From an uncultured cyanobacterium (GTDB lineage: Bacteria; Cyanobacteriota; Cyanobacteriia; Cyanobacteriales; Nostocaceae), in assembly GCA_963706595.1 (NCBI GenBank), contig OY970166.1, forward strand, positions 3,264,001 to 3,328,000: 64,000 bases of DNA, in the 5' to 3' direction. The translations under genes and the position numbers were made by a program. Below, one piece after another: positions 1 to 10,652 of this stretch. The notes under the pieces were generated by a model. The model made no database searches. It was given only the letters and a program-made list of their open reading frames with translations, and was not told the DNA's origin. Position 1 is the first letter of the stretch. Each line of letters begins with the position of its first letter.

Positions 1-175
1 AGTATCTTGTTGGATTGTTAAGAAAGATGCGGGTAATGGATAGCCCGAAGAAGCAGGGGGTACTGGTGCAGGGAGCAAGGGGGAGTTAGAAATAGAAATT
101 ACTTTAAACTTCTTTACTTAACAACCGTTCCTCTTCTCCCCTGCCCCCTGCACCCGTTCTTCTTCTCCCCACTCC

Positions 176-712
176 CTATCTAAAGCGATAACCTACACCG
201 CCATTGATGGTGACAGCAGAACCTAAGCTATTTTCGTAGGCACGGATTCCCACTTTTGCACTGCTATAAACTAGGAAATTCTTCGCAACTTCCGATTCTA
301 CCCCAGCACCCACCACTACAGAATCTTTATTGCCCAAGGGAGTAGGTGAGCCATTTTTTTCTATAAAAGAATAACCGCCAGTGACAAAAGCGTTCGTGCC
401 ATTAGCAATCGGCACGTCGAAGGACACTTCTGGGATAATCGCAGTCGTCTCATTATTCCAAATCACATTACCGCGTACCGACAATGGTGCATTTCCCAAT
501 TTCACCCGACCTGTGAGATTACCACCAAAGTTAGCCGCATTGTTTTCGTCTCCACCATCAGTTAGACCACCTGTAATACCAGCACCAATATAACTGGCAT
601 CTGTACCCCTTTGTGGTTGGGCAGAAGCAATACCAGCATTAATAATAAGAGGAGCAACTACGAAGGAAGATAATGCTGAAATTGCCACAAAAGACTTGAG
701 TATATTTTTCAT
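176..712 (-). CDS. Secreted/outer-membrane beta-barrel-like hypothetical protein
   Basis: N-terminal signal peptide (..AGIASA/Q), alternating beta-strand pattern, C-terminal GVGYRF motif with aromatic near the end. Confidence 0.6.
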   Translation of the reverse strand: MKNILKSFVAISALSSFVVAPLIINAGIASAQPQRGTDASYIGAGITGGLTDGGDENNAANFGGNLTGRVKLGNAPLSVRGNVIWNNETTAIIPEVSFDVPIANGTNAFVTGGYSFIEKNGSPTPLGNKDSVVVGAGVESEVAKNFLVYSSAKVGIRAYENSLGSAVTINGGVGYRFR

Positions 713-1142
713 AATCTTGCAAAAATTTTGTAGTTTATGCTTATATATTCAAGGTCGAAAACAGTATCAAAAGGTTCCAGATAATTTCTAGATTTTTTTC
801 ACCCTTGTAATCATTGATGCCGGAGATTTAAGGCTTGTTGGCTGGAATTTATGTAAATCATCAAATTTAAATTAAATAAATCTCTAACTCCCCCTTGCGC
901 CCTGCTCCCTATCCGTTACTATTTTGGCTATCTGAGATTTTTCCCGAAAAGTAGGCACTTGATCAACTGGCACAATCAGCAAAAGAGATTTCAGCGAAGA
1001 TGTGGTGGCTCAAATATTTAATTAATACCTGTTGTTATAGCTTTTCACTTATGATCAAATAATCGGCTGTAGCAGCTATGGCAACAAGCTTGAGAGGGAA
1101 TCTATAAAGTTAAGATTTGGTAATTCTCATGGAGAGTGAATA

Positions 1143-2090
1143 ATGCTAACCGCTACAAAAACATTGTCTGGTTTGATGGGTTTATGTGTCGGTGATGCGT
1201 TGGGTGTACCAGTTGAGTTTACTAGCCGCGCGGAACGAGTGAAATCTCCGGTGACAACGATGCTAGGTTATGGTACATGGAATCAACCGCCGGGAACTTG
1301 GTCAGATGACAGTTCATTGACATTTTGCTTGGCAGAAAGCCTGTGTAGAGGATTTTCGTTGGATGCGATCGCCAATTCCTTCTGGCGCTGGTATAAGCAA
1401 GCTTACTGGACTCCCCGTGGCGATTTGTTTGATATTGGTCAAAATACCCATGAAGCAATTATGCGCCTGAAACAGGGGATTGTACCTCATCAGGCAGGAG
1501 GTAAGGTAGAAAATAGCAATGGTAATGGTTCTTTGATGAGAATTTTACCGATGGCTTATTGTCATCAAAGCATAACTTTTGAGGAATTGATGGCGCGGGT
1601 GCATGATGTTTCTGCGATTACTCATGCTCATCTGCGATCGCAAATGGCCTGCGGGATTTATATTAGTATTGCCATAGCTTTACTAGAAGGGGCTAACCCG
1701 CAAACCGCTTATTTACAAGGGTTAGAAAATATCCAATCAGTTTATGTTGACCGGGAATACATTTTAGAAAAGCCGCATTTTCACAGGATATTCAGTGGTG
1801 ACATAGCTAAAGTGCCAGTGGAAGAGATTAATTCTGGCGGCTATGTGATTGATACCCTCGAATCAAGCCTGTGGTGTTTGTTAAATAGCTCATCTTACTC
1901 AGAGACAGTGTTGAAAGCTGTCAACTTGGGTGGCGATGCGGATACTACTGCTGCCGTGACTGGGGGGTTAGCAGGCATTTACTACGGTGTGGAAAATATT
2001 CCCCAAGAATGGATCAACAAAATTGCCCGCAAACAGGACATCATGAAGCTGGCAGAGCGTTTTGCAGACGCTATGGACGCTCAGATGTAG
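1143..2090 (+). CDS. ADP-ribosylglycohydrolase family protein
   Basis: GDALG, WSDDS, GNGSLMR and GGDADTTAAVTG motifs. Confidence 0.92.
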   Translation: MLTATKTLSGLMGLCVGDALGVPVEFTSRAERVKSPVTTMLGYGTWNQPPGTWSDDSSLTFCLAESLCRGFSLDAIANSFWRWYKQAYWTPRGDLFDIGQNTHEAIMRLKQGIVPHQAGGKVENSNGNGSLMRILPMAYCHQSITFEELMARVHDVSAITHAHLRSQMACGIYISIAIALLEGANPQTAYLQGLENIQSVYVDREYILEKPHFHRIFSGDIAKVPVEEINSGGYVIDTLESSLWCLLNSSSYSETVLKAVNLGGDADTTAAVTGGLAGIYYGVENIPQEWINKIARKQDIMKLAERFADAMDAQM

Positions 2091-2175
2091 ATACAATCAC
2101 CCCTCCCGCTAGCGGGAGGGGTGAAAGCTGGGCTTTGAGGGGATTTGTGTGAATTTACCGGAAATGACACAACTC

Positions 2176-2502
2176 CTAATGTTTAACCTGTTCAGAAATC
2201 CATTGCAAGTAGGCTTGCGAACCCGCAACAATAGGTAACGCGATGATTTCTGAAACTTCGTAAGAGTGGAGTTCTCGAACTTTGGCTTCCAAAGCTGAAA
2301 ATAGCGACAAATCAGTTTTAATCAGCAACTGCCACTCATACTCTTTGTATATTTCTCCTTGCCAAGCGTAAATTGAATGGATTGGCAACAAACTCACACA
2401 AGCAGCTAGTTTAGCTTCCACAAGGGCATTTGCAATTGTTTCTGCCTCCTGCTTGTTGGCTGTTGTCACCAGTACTACACCATAATCAGCAGGTATCTCC
2501 AT
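2176..2502 (-). CDS. cutA: Divalent-cation tolerance protein CutA
   Basis: LVEAKLAACV, SIYAWQG, HSYEVSEIIALP motifs; 108 aa. Confidence 0.93.
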   Translation of the reverse strand: MEIPADYGVVLVTTANKQEAETIANALVEAKLAACVSLLPIHSIYAWQGEIYKEYEWQLLIKTDLSLFSALEAKVRELHSYEVSEIIALPIVAGSQAYLQWISEQVKH

Positions 2503-2507
2503 AACTT

Positions 2508-3527
2508 TTAGACCATAGACAGAGAATAGACCTGACCATCAATCAACAGTCGCGTAATGCCCTTGGCTTGCAGATGAGTTGTAGCCTTGTGCAGAACTTT
2601 ACTGTCGGGAACTTTAATTACGCGATCGCGCTTGGTAGAAAATCGCTTTGCCACTCGATGGTTATCAAACACTGGCAAAGTTTTTTGCAAGGTTTCTAGG
2701 TTAGGAATTTGTCCCAAGTCACCAAAATCCTTGAGTGGCCGGGTAATTAACTCAGAGGATCTATCAATTACCAAATAGCAACTTTTCGGCAACTGTGCTG
2801 TGGAGAATGGTAAGACTTGAACAGGTGCTTCACTTACCCTTCGTCTTGTGACTAAAGGTGTGGAATCGTCTAAGTCTTCTTCCTCGTCCTCGTAATCGTC
2901 CTCATAATCGTCCTCGTCTAAATCATCCTCTAAATCTGACAAATCCTCTGACTCATCGAGCAAGTCTTCTCCCAGGAATTGAGCGATGACGGTGGCTTCG
3001 GGATTTTCGTCCTTTAAAACCGGAGCAGGAATACTGCTGATTTCGAGCGGTTTGGGTTCGACTATTTCTAATCGCTTGGCTGTGCGTAGCTTTGGTTTTT
3101 CTTCTGCTGAGGAACGCCGCCGCACTCTTCTCGCAGAGGGTGTGAATTCCTCCTCCTCTTCTTCCTCTTCTAAGTAACGTTCTTCTACAACTGGCTTGGG
3201 TGGCAAAATCTCTGGTAACTTCAAGCGAGGAGTTGCTTTTTCCTGGCTTGGTAGCTCCTTCTCTGGCTCTTTGTCCGGTTGACTTAACAAAGGCAACTGC
3301 TCATAACTTACCTGCGCCCTGCCTTCAGGAGTTCTGGCAGCACGTTTGAGAGATACGAGATATTCGTATTCATCTTCTGGTAAGGTGCTTTTGAGCAGGC
3401 GACTAATTGTCGAGTTACTCACACCATAGCGTTCTGCCAAAGTTGAGGTTGTTTCGGCAGTTTCTCGATATAACTTCAGAATTTCTTGTTTGTCAGGATC
3501 TGTTAATTTTCTCACGGTAGACACCAA
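2508..3527 (-). CDS. Conserved cyanobacterial protein with N-terminal HTH and acidic low-complexity middle
   Basis: TLAERYGVSNSTISRLLK helix-turn-helix; long D/E tract; globular C-terminal domain. Confidence 0.65.
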   Translation of the reverse strand: MVSTVRKLTDPDKQEILKLYRETAETTSTLAERYGVSNSTISRLLKSTLPEDEYEYLVSLKRAARTPEGRAQVSYEQLPLLSQPDKEPEKELPSQEKATPRLKLPEILPPKPVVEERYLEEEEEEEEFTPSARRVRRRSSAEEKPKLRTAKRLEIVEPKPLEISSIPAPVLKDENPEATVIAQFLGEDLLDESEDLSDLEDDLDEDDYEDDYEDEEEDLDDSTPLVTRRRVSEAPVQVLPFSTAQLPKSCYLVIDRSSELITRPLKDFGDLGQIPNLETLQKTLPVFDNHRVAKRFSTKRDRVIKVPDSKVLHKATTHLQAKGITRLLIDGQVYSLSMV

Positions 3528-3532
3528 ATTTT

Positions 3533-4384
3533 CTAAGCTCGTTTGCGCCCGCTCGAACGCCGAGTTCGGCTCAATGATGCGTCATGTTCTAGGACAGCGC
3601 CCATACCAAATAAAACTCCACTAAATACCCAAAACACTTCTAGTATCTCCCCACTTTGATAGGTTGTCCCTTGAGCATATTTAAACCACATATCTGCAAT
3701 GTAGAGCGAAAATGCGGCGGCTGCAATCATTCTCCAAGATTGGGCAACTCGTCCCCCCCAAAAGGCTAGTAGCAAGGTGGTAGCAATAATCAACAAAACC
3801 ACATCACTAACTACGTAAAACCAATTCAAGATAGCGACTAGCGGATCAGAAGGGACTGCTTGCTGCATAGAGATCCACCATGCGAACAGACTACCAAATA
3901 AAGCAATTGCCAACACAATCAGCAATTGCCATTTTTCTAAATTGATTCGTCTGGAAGCTACAGCTAAAATCATGCCTATGCCAAGGGAAATATAACTCAG
4001 TACAAAAAAGACATCGCCAATAGACACATCCGGTTCTTCGCCTAAAATTACTTCTGTGTAACCGAAAATTATCCCTCCCAGGAAATAAGAAAACATACCA
4101 ATAGCAATTGCGAGCCAAATATTCCGGCTACTGACAATTTGCGGGCTACGCCAATTCCTCAAGCATAAGACACCGGCACCCAAGTAAGCCAAAGCTTCAA
4201 AAATATTTGTACCAATCACATACCAATCGGCACGACTTTCTATACCATCTGCGCCTGGGACTTTGGCACTAAATAATAAAAAGTATAACAGTGCCAGCAC
4301 AGCCCAGCCAATGCCAGCCAAGATGATGTTCTGATTGCTGAAAAGGGATTGAGAACGGTAGGATTTTTTGTCAGAGCTACTCAT
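3533..4384 (-). CDS. Multi-pass membrane protein of unknown function
   Basis: About 7-8 hydrophobic segments, basic C-terminal tail. Confidence 0.7.
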   Translation of the reverse strand: MSSSDKKSYRSQSLFSNQNIILAGIGWAVLALLYFLLFSAKVPGADGIESRADWYVIGTNIFEALAYLGAGVLCLRNWRSPQIVSSRNIWLAIAIGMFSYFLGGIIFGYTEVILGEEPDVSIGDVFFVLSYISLGIGMILAVASRRINLEKWQLLIVLAIALFGSLFAWWISMQQAVPSDPLVAILNWFYVVSDVVLLIIATTLLLAFWGGRVAQSWRMIAAAAFSLYIADMWFKYAQGTTYQSGEILEVFWVFSGVLFGMGAVLEHDASLSRTRRSSGRKRA

Positions 4385-4519
4385 GGAAATTGACTAGGTA
4401 AATGCACTCAGGAGATTTTGGTGTTCAGGAGGTATAGGAGCGGCCTCACTATCCAGTGATACACCAGTTGATCACCAGAATAACTGCTAGTAGCCGCAGT
4501 TTTTCCCAAACTTTCCATG

Positions 4520-5179
4520 CTACTGCCACAGTTTACTCAGTAATGATTGATTTAGCCAAGTGATAAACAGCGATCGCTCTGCTTCTGGCATATCTTGTAA
4601 CGTGTCAGTAACTTGATGGGCAAAGTTAGCATTCCCAAAATAGGTTTTTCCGAGTTTATGCAGTTCTTGTAATAAGCTAATCAGATGATTTTCTTGCCAA
4701 GGAGGAAGTTTAGCCAAATCTAGGGGGTTTGTTGTTACTAGAAGTTTGACGGCTTCGGGGGAAGTGGTCTCAGGAAATTGTTGGTTTTGTAACAATTCAG
4801 CAATATCTTTCTCAAAGAGTGTCGCTTGCCGATTGCCTAATAACTCTTCAATATCCAGATAAACTGCTTGCAGTAGCAAAAGACTCCCTTGAACGTAAAT
4901 TTCTCTTTGGCTATGGCTACCCGTGTCATTATCTATTTGATCTAAGCGAACTTTTCCCCAAACGCTAAAGCGGTCTGGTTCCTCTAACAGGACACAGGCT
5001 TTACCCCGATTATCAGTTAATTCTCTCCACAAGGCTCTAGCTTCTTCTTCTTGGCTAGCTTTGAAGACGCTAATCAAGCGAAAGGTTTGCCCCTGATAAT
5101 TGAGGATCGGCACTTGCTGATCCCGTTTTGGGTGCTGAATACTCGATATTTCAACATCCTGCCGTTTGAGAATAAACAT
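4520..5179 (-). CDS. Conserved cyanobacterial hypothetical protein (Npun_F0813-like); likely start MFILKRQ
   Basis: MFILKRQDVEI...ILNYQGQTF...CVLLEEP N-terminus recognised from memory. Confidence 0.6.
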   Translation of the reverse strand: MFILKRQDVEISSIQHPKRDQQVPILNYQGQTFRLISVFKASQEEEARALWRELTDNRGKACVLLEEPDRFSVWGKVRLDQIDNDTGSHSQREIYVQGSLLLLQAVYLDIEELLGNRQATLFEKDIAELLQNQQFPETTSPEAVKLLVTTNPLDLAKLPPWQENHLISLLQELHKLGKTYFGNANFAHQVTDTLQDMPEAERSLFITWLNQSLLSKLWQ

Positions 5180-5538
5180 GGCACTAGCAAATAACTCCTC
5201 ACAGGGGCTTTGTGGATAATGCGATCTATAGTCGTGATTTGATAACATCGCTCAGAGTGCGATTACCTAGCGTACCATTGGGTTGAGCTTCGCGATCGCC
5301 AGAAGCTCACCTAAAGTCAGCCAGCCCGAGGGCATCTACATCAACACACAAATAACCTATTGAGAACACAATATAGCTAATCAATAGCCCATTTGCTGCG
5401 TTTTTACTGTAAATCAAATAACTAGCGACTTGAATCATACCCTTGCTAGTGAGAAATCTACCATTTTTGCTTGCTTATTGGTAGGAGATCACGATATAAT
5501 TGATCAGATAACTCATTTGAGAGCTACTGTATTAATTT

Positions 5539-5611
5539 GGGTGCGTAGCTCAGTGGATAGAGCCACGGATTTCTAATCCGTTGGTCGCAGGTTCGATCCC
5601 TGCCGCACCCG
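5539..5611 (+). tRNA. trnR: tRNA-Arg(TCT)
   Basis: Cloverleaf: acceptor GGGTGCG/CGCACCC, D-arm GCTC/GAGC, anticodon arm ACGGA-TT TCT AA-TCCGT, T-loop TTCGATC. Confidence 0.96.
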
Positions 5612-5633
5612 TGTTATGATATTAAACGAATAA

Positions 5634-6800
5634 TTAAAGCGGTTTCAGTTGGTCTAAAAGACCAGCATCAAGATACTTTTGTTCTATAACATCTACTGAA
5701 TTATCACACCATTTTGCCACTACAGCAGTAGGAACACCTTTAGCAATTTGTTCAGATATAAAAGTATCACGACATGAATATGGAGTAGTTTGACGGGCGA
5801 CTAAAGGGTCTACGATTTTATCCCAAGCCCGTCGGGAAAAGTTTCTATAATGTATTGATAGTCCTTCTGGAGATGGAAAGACTAAAGATTCAGGTTCAGA
5901 GTTTTCAGGCTTAATGGACAATAATAATGCTTGTAGTTTTTGATTACAGTTAAAACCGCGCATTTTATTATTCTTAGAGCCATTAACTCTTACCCTTTCA
6001 CCATTTCCCACCTGAACTAATGCACTATCAAAAGTAATTCTAGAACAATCAGACGTAATATGCTTCCATTGCAAGCCAATAGCTTCTGATGGTCTGCATC
6101 CGGTCAAGAATAAAAACTCTACAAATGAAGCATAATGACTGTAACCCATACCTTTTAAAGGTTTGTGATTTTTAAAAGCCTGAATTATCGTTTGCTTTTC
6201 TGCTTCACTAAAAGCATTAGGTTTTGAATTATCCTGCCAATTATGCTTGGGAAGTGACTTATACATTCCTTCAAAGGGATTAAAATTCACTAAGCCGTAT
6301 TTTATGCCCCATTTACAAGCTGCTGCCAGATACATCAGTACATCTTTAGCTTGTGAATTGGTTGTTTGTTGTAATAAAGCCAGTTTAATTTTGATACTTT
6401 CGTTCAAATTTTGATAACGACAGCGTTTAATATGTTTTTCCAGTACAGCCAGTTTATCTAATGTTCTCGGTTTCAGAGATGGACGTTTGTACTCAATATA
6501 CTTATCCCATAATGCTGAAATTGTGGCTATAGTCTGTTGTTCACCTGGAATAACTATAGATAAATGTCTCTGGGGTTTGTACTTAGTAAGTGTTCTGTCA
6601 AATTGCCCACAGAGAATATCTAACTCTATTTGATGCGCTGTCTGTTCTGCTATGTGGTGATTTTCCGGTGTATCAGCTAAACCCAGGGTCAGATACTTTT
6701 GTGAACCTTCATAAAGTTGTCTTGGTAATCTCAGACGTAATCTTCCCTGAAAGGATTCAATACCTGCTGATCCTTTAGAAGCCTTTTCTGGTTTATGCAT
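5634..6800 (-). mobile_element. Tyrosine recombinase/integrase with N-terminal arm-binding domain
   Basis: GRLRLRLP N-terminal arm domain; FLFLTGCRPSEA (catalytic R), SKNNK, PYSCRDTF and C-terminal KY; lies next to tRNA 3' ends. Confidence 0.9.
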
Positions 6801-6803
6801 ATA

Positions 6804-6924
6804 TTTTGACTATGAAAATAATGGGTTCTACCAAAATCATAGTCAAACCATAGTCAAAAAGGCAAGGATGATTGTTTAAGTTTTGGTCTCATAGTCAAAA
6901 TCATAGTCAAAATCATAGTCAAAA
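6804..6924. repeat. Cluster of (T)CATAGTCAAA(A) repeats, 5 direct and 1 inverted; putative integrase arm-type sites
   Basis: Inverted copy at 6804-6815; direct copies near 6837, 6849, 6889, 6901 and 6913. Confidence 0.8.
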
Positions 6925-7013
6925 AAGCAGTCAGGAAATCATATATGATTCCCTGACTGTATTGGAAAGGCTGAAACCCTTGGTTTAGCGTTGATTATTT
7001 GATTAAATAAATA

Positions 7014-7085
7014 AGCCCGTGACGAGGATTGAACTCGTGACCTCACCCTTACCAAGGGTGTGCTCTACCACTGAGCCACACGGGC
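7014..7085 (-). tRNA. trnT: tRNA-Thr(GGT)
   Basis: Reverse complement GCCCGTG...CACCC-TT GGT AA-GGGTG...TTCAATC...CACGGGC T. Confidence 0.96.
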
Positions 7086-7174
7086 GAAAACTAGAAAGTT
7101 GAGTTTTTGAGTTATGAGCTATAAAGCTGTGAATATACCAATCACTTAGCCATTATAGCTCATTACTTTAAAAG

Positions 7175-7260
7175 TGGTGGGCCGGGCTGGATTTGAACCA
7201 GCGTAGGCGCTAGCCAACGGATTTACAGTCCGTCTCCATTAACCACTCGGACACCGACCC
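7175..7260 (-). tRNA. trnY: tRNA-Tyr(GTA), CCA encoded
   Basis: Reverse complement GGGTCGG...ACGGA-CT GTA AA-TCCGT, long variable arm, TTCAAAT T-loop, ends ACCA; tandem with tRNA-Thr. Confidence 0.96.
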
Positions 7261-7357
7261 ATTCGTCTCACGATTACTAACGTTAGCATCAGTTTTTATA
7301 AATAGCAAGGGTTTTCTCAAAAAGATTTTATAACCGATTTATTTCACCAGATGAGAA

Positions 7358-9178
7358 CTAACTGAGCAATTCTCCGGTTTCTTGCAGAGAGTGCAAGCGG
7401 CGGTAAATGCCCTCATGACGCAACAGCTCATCGTGACTACCCACTTCGGCAATCCTGCCTTGATCTAGAACCACTATTTTATCGGCTTCCCGGACTGTAC
7501 TCAGACGGTGAGCAATGACAATTGTGGTGCAAGTTCCCTGAATTGAGCGCATGGCTAATTGAATAGCCCGCTCAGACTCGTAATCTAAGCTAGAGGTAGC
7601 TTCGTCAAAAATCAGCACATCTGGTTCCACTAGCAACGCCCTCGCTATTCCTAAACGCTGCCTTTGTCCTCCAGATAATCTGACACCACGCTCCCCCACA
7701 ACGGTGTAATAACCTTGAGGTAGATGTTCCATCACTTCATCAACTCTGGCAATTCTACAGGCCTCCTTGACCTCTTCCAGAGTCGCATTTGGTCTACCGT
7801 AGGTGAGGTTATCCAAGATAGTACCGTTGAAAATGTCCACTTCTTGGTGAACGATCGCCAGCCTGCGCCTATACTTACCTACATCCAAGGTGCGAATATC
7901 TTGACCATCAATGGAAATCTGACCTGCTTGAGGTTCAAAATACCGCAGCAGCAATTTAACTAAGGTAGACTTACCAGAACCAGAACGCCCAACTAACGCC
8001 ACTGTTTGATATGGTTCAATCAATAAATTGATATCTTGCAAAACTTGCCGGCTGTGATCATATCCAAAACTAATACGTGAAAATTCAATTTTGCCAGTGA
8101 ATTTATCAGGTGATTCAGCTTGGTTTTTCTCTTCTAAAAGACCAACTGAATCAGATGCAATTGGTGCTTGCAAAAATTCGTGAAATCGTAACATCGAAGA
8201 ATAGCGCCGGGCAAAAACTTCTGCAAGTGAGCTAATAGGTTCCAATTCGGCATAAGCCATGCTGGAAAGAGTTAAAGTCATGACAAAGTGGCCGAGAGTA
8301 ATCCTTCCATCTACAGTTGCAGCTAAAGTTAAACCTAAGATTACGAACACGCAAAACTGAATTACTGCCTTTTGCAAAGTCACCAGTTTGACATAATCTT
8401 TATGAATCCGATGATCAACAACCGTTAATTCCCGATCCAAACGTTGCTTTTGTCGCCTTAATTCCTGCGCTTCTGTGGCAAATGCTTTGACTGTTTTGAT
8501 ATTAGTAATTAATTCTGAAGTGCGGCTTTCTGTACTTTCCATATATTTATCAAGGCGACTTTCATGCTCAATTATTCGTCGCAAAGCCCTTAAAGTAAAG
8601 GTGATAATAAATATAAAGGAAATTATATATAAAACCGCAATTCGCCATTCAATCAATAAAATAAATCCAAAAATTCCCAATACACGAAACAGTTTAGGAA
8701 TTAATTGTCCAGCAATTTCAGGATATGTCCAAGTATGGTTAGCCAGTCCTCTGGCTATTCGCCCAGAAATACGTCCAGGGTTATTTTCATCATAAAATTC
8801 TAGTGGGAGAGTCAGAATTTTGGCTATGGCTGCTTCGGTTTGATCTCGGCGCGCCCTTAAGGGGATATCCCAATGAAACCAAACGGTAAGCCAAGGCTGT
8901 GTGGGTGCTTTGACTACGGTGACTACAAAAATTAACCCCAGTAATACACCCAATGATAGAGTTTGATTAACTGGGTAATTGATGAGTTTTGAAATGCTCG
9001 CGATCGCACTTTGCAATGGTCTATCCAACGGTTGATTAGACAAAACATTTAAAATCTGCCCAATCCCATAAGGAACAACCAAATCAATAATTTCATAAAC
9101 GCTGGATGCGGCAATAGTTAAAACACTCAGCTTCCAGTCTGAATGAAAGTAATTGAAAATATCTCGCAATTTGGCCAT
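7358..9178 (-). CDS. ABC transporter, fused permease/ATP-binding protein
   Basis: Transmembrane domain plus Walker A GRSGSGKST, LSGGQRQR signature, Walker B LIFDEAT. Confidence 0.93.
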   Translation of the reverse strand: MAKLRDIFNYFHSDWKLSVLTIAASSVYEIIDLVVPYGIGQILNVLSNQPLDRPLQSAIASISKLINYPVNQTLSLGVLLGLIFVVTVVKAPTQPWLTVWFHWDIPLRARRDQTEAAIAKILTLPLEFYDENNPGRISGRIARGLANHTWTYPEIAGQLIPKLFRVLGIFGFILLIEWRIAVLYIISFIFIITFTLRALRRIIEHESRLDKYMESTESRTSELITNIKTVKAFATEAQELRRQKQRLDRELTVVDHRIHKDYVKLVTLQKAVIQFCVFVILGLTLAATVDGRITLGHFVMTLTLSSMAYAELEPISSLAEVFARRYSSMLRFHEFLQAPIASDSVGLLEEKNQAESPDKFTGKIEFSRISFGYDHSRQVLQDINLLIEPYQTVALVGRSGSGKSTLVKLLLRYFEPQAGQISIDGQDIRTLDVGKYRRRLAIVHQEVDIFNGTILDNLTYGRPNATLEEVKEACRIARVDEVMEHLPQGYYTVVGERGVRLSGGQRQRLGIARALLVEPDVLIFDEATSSLDYESERAIQLAMRSIQGTCTTIVIAHRLSTVREADKIVVLDQGRIAEVGSHDELLRHEGIYRRLHSLQETGELLS

Positions 9179-9276
9179 GATGCACACCATCCAAGAGCGC
9201 AAACTTAACTTGGATTTTATATATTACATATATAATACAGATTATGTTACACTTTAGTCAAGTGCTGGCAACTAAA

Positions 9277-10062
9277 TCAATCTTGAGAAGTAGGTGAAAA
9301 TTCCAAGCGATAGCGATAAAGGGCGACTGGACGAGAAGCTGCGGCAAAGTAATTTGGGTCTTGAGGTGAAAGATAAACAGCAGTTACTTGATCTGCCTCA
9401 ATTGTTGGCTTAGATGTAGACAATTTATGGTATGCAGTAGTAGATTCGACTGCGTTGAAATAGGGACGGGAACCGCCTTTAAATAGTTGTTGAAATACTT
9501 CTGATGTGATAAATTTGCTATTTGAAGGAGTTTCGATAGCGCGTGCAGTCACAATAGAAACTAATTGGCGATCGCCACGCAAAAGGGTAATTTGCCGATT
9601 GGGTGAATCTGGATCTATTTTAGTTGATAATACAGCTTCATCACCTAAATAAGCTTTGGCTAAATTCAAGCTATTAAAAGCTCTATCTGCGACTAAGATT
9701 GAAGATTTAGATATTTTTGGAATGAGTTTTAACCCAGTAATAGCAGGTTTTGCTTGAATAAAACGCACTAAAAAACTCACAGGCTGATTCAGTTGGGGGC
9801 GATTTGATTCAAATCCAGGGGTGACGATATCCGGTGCTAAAGGCGCAACTAAATCTACTAATGTACTTGTAACCTCCCATGAACCAGCAAACCAGTCTGG
9901 ATAAACCAAGTCGCCCTCAGCCCGTTGCACAGAAGTGAGTTGTTCCCATTGGGGAAAATTTGCTAGGCGTTCAGATAATTCTCCGGCTATTGCTGTCCCA
10001 CTCCATCCGAGTAGGCAGAAAATAATTAAGCAAAAACTCCAAATCGCCCTGATATTCAGCAT
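9277..10062 (-). CDS. Conserved exported hypothetical protein (DUF6816-like)
   Basis: Signal peptide; DLVYPDWFAGSW and ADRAFN motifs typical of a cyanobacterial/plastid family. Confidence 0.55.
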   Translation of the reverse strand: MLNIRAIWSFCLIIFCLLGWSGTAIAGELSERLANFPQWEQLTSVQRAEGDLVYPDWFAGSWEVTSTLVDLVAPLAPDIVTPGFESNRPQLNQPVSFLVRFIQAKPAITGLKLIPKISKSSILVADRAFNSLNLAKAYLGDEAVLSTKIDPDSPNRQITLLRGDRQLVSIVTARAIETPSNSKFITSEVFQQLFKGGSRPYFNAVESTTAYHKLSTSKPTIEADQVTAVYLSPQDPNYFAAASRPVALYRYRLEFSPTSQD

Positions 10063-10067
10063 GAATT

Positions 10068-10481
10068 TTATAAGGTTTCAATGGGTATGGGTTGCCAAAC
10101 TTCTCCATATTGTTGCTGTAAACTTTGCCAAGCTTCCACTTGTCCGGGTTCGTATTCTCCCGGTTTACCCCATTGCAAAAATAAGCTTAAAGCAACTTCT
10201 TGTTGTTCATCTAAAAACCGAATTGCATAGGTGGTAAAATTACCTCGTTTTGCTTCACCTGTTTCAAATTTCACTTGAGTAATTTTATCCATGTTAAAGT
10301 GAAATTCAAAGCCTTCAGTGTGCATATTTGCATATTTACCTTTAAGCAATTCGGCATAAAATAGCTTTTCTATTTTGCCGCGAGCTTCTAATACAGCAGC
10401 GCTGCTAGTCACGATAATGCGTAAAGTTCCTAAGTTTTGACAAGCTTCTAAAAAGTCTTTCAAAGTTTTATTCATAGTCAT
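10068..10481 (-). CDS. ChuX/HutX-like heme-utilisation protein
   Basis: LGTLRIIV..AVLEARG, FEFHFN, YAIRFLD pattern. Confidence 0.65.
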   Translation of the reverse strand: MTMNKTLKDFLEACQNLGTLRIIVTSSAAVLEARGKIEKLFYAELLKGKYANMHTEGFEFHFNMDKITQVKFETGEAKRGNFTTYAIRFLDEQQEVALSLFLQWGKPGEYEPGQVEAWQSLQQQYGEVWQPIPIETL

Positions 10482-10509
10482 TTATTAGTTATAAGGTGTT
10501 GCTGTTATG

Positions 10510-10588
10510 GCGGTTATCAGTTAAGTGAGATACAAGAACCCCACCCCCAACCCCCTCCCCGCAAGCGAGGAGGGGGCTATGATGTACT
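10510..10588. repeat. Dispersed GC-rich palindromic repeat (CCCCACCCCCAACCCCCTCCCCGCAAGCGAGGAGGGGGC family)
   Basis: Essentially identical in reverse complement to about 31380-31458; related copies near 37281-37330 and 59679-59727. Confidence 0.85.
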
Positions 10589-10652
10589 TTTTTCAGATTG
10601 GATTCCCCCCTCTCCTTACTAAGGAGAGGGGTTGGGGTGAGGTTCTTTCCCA

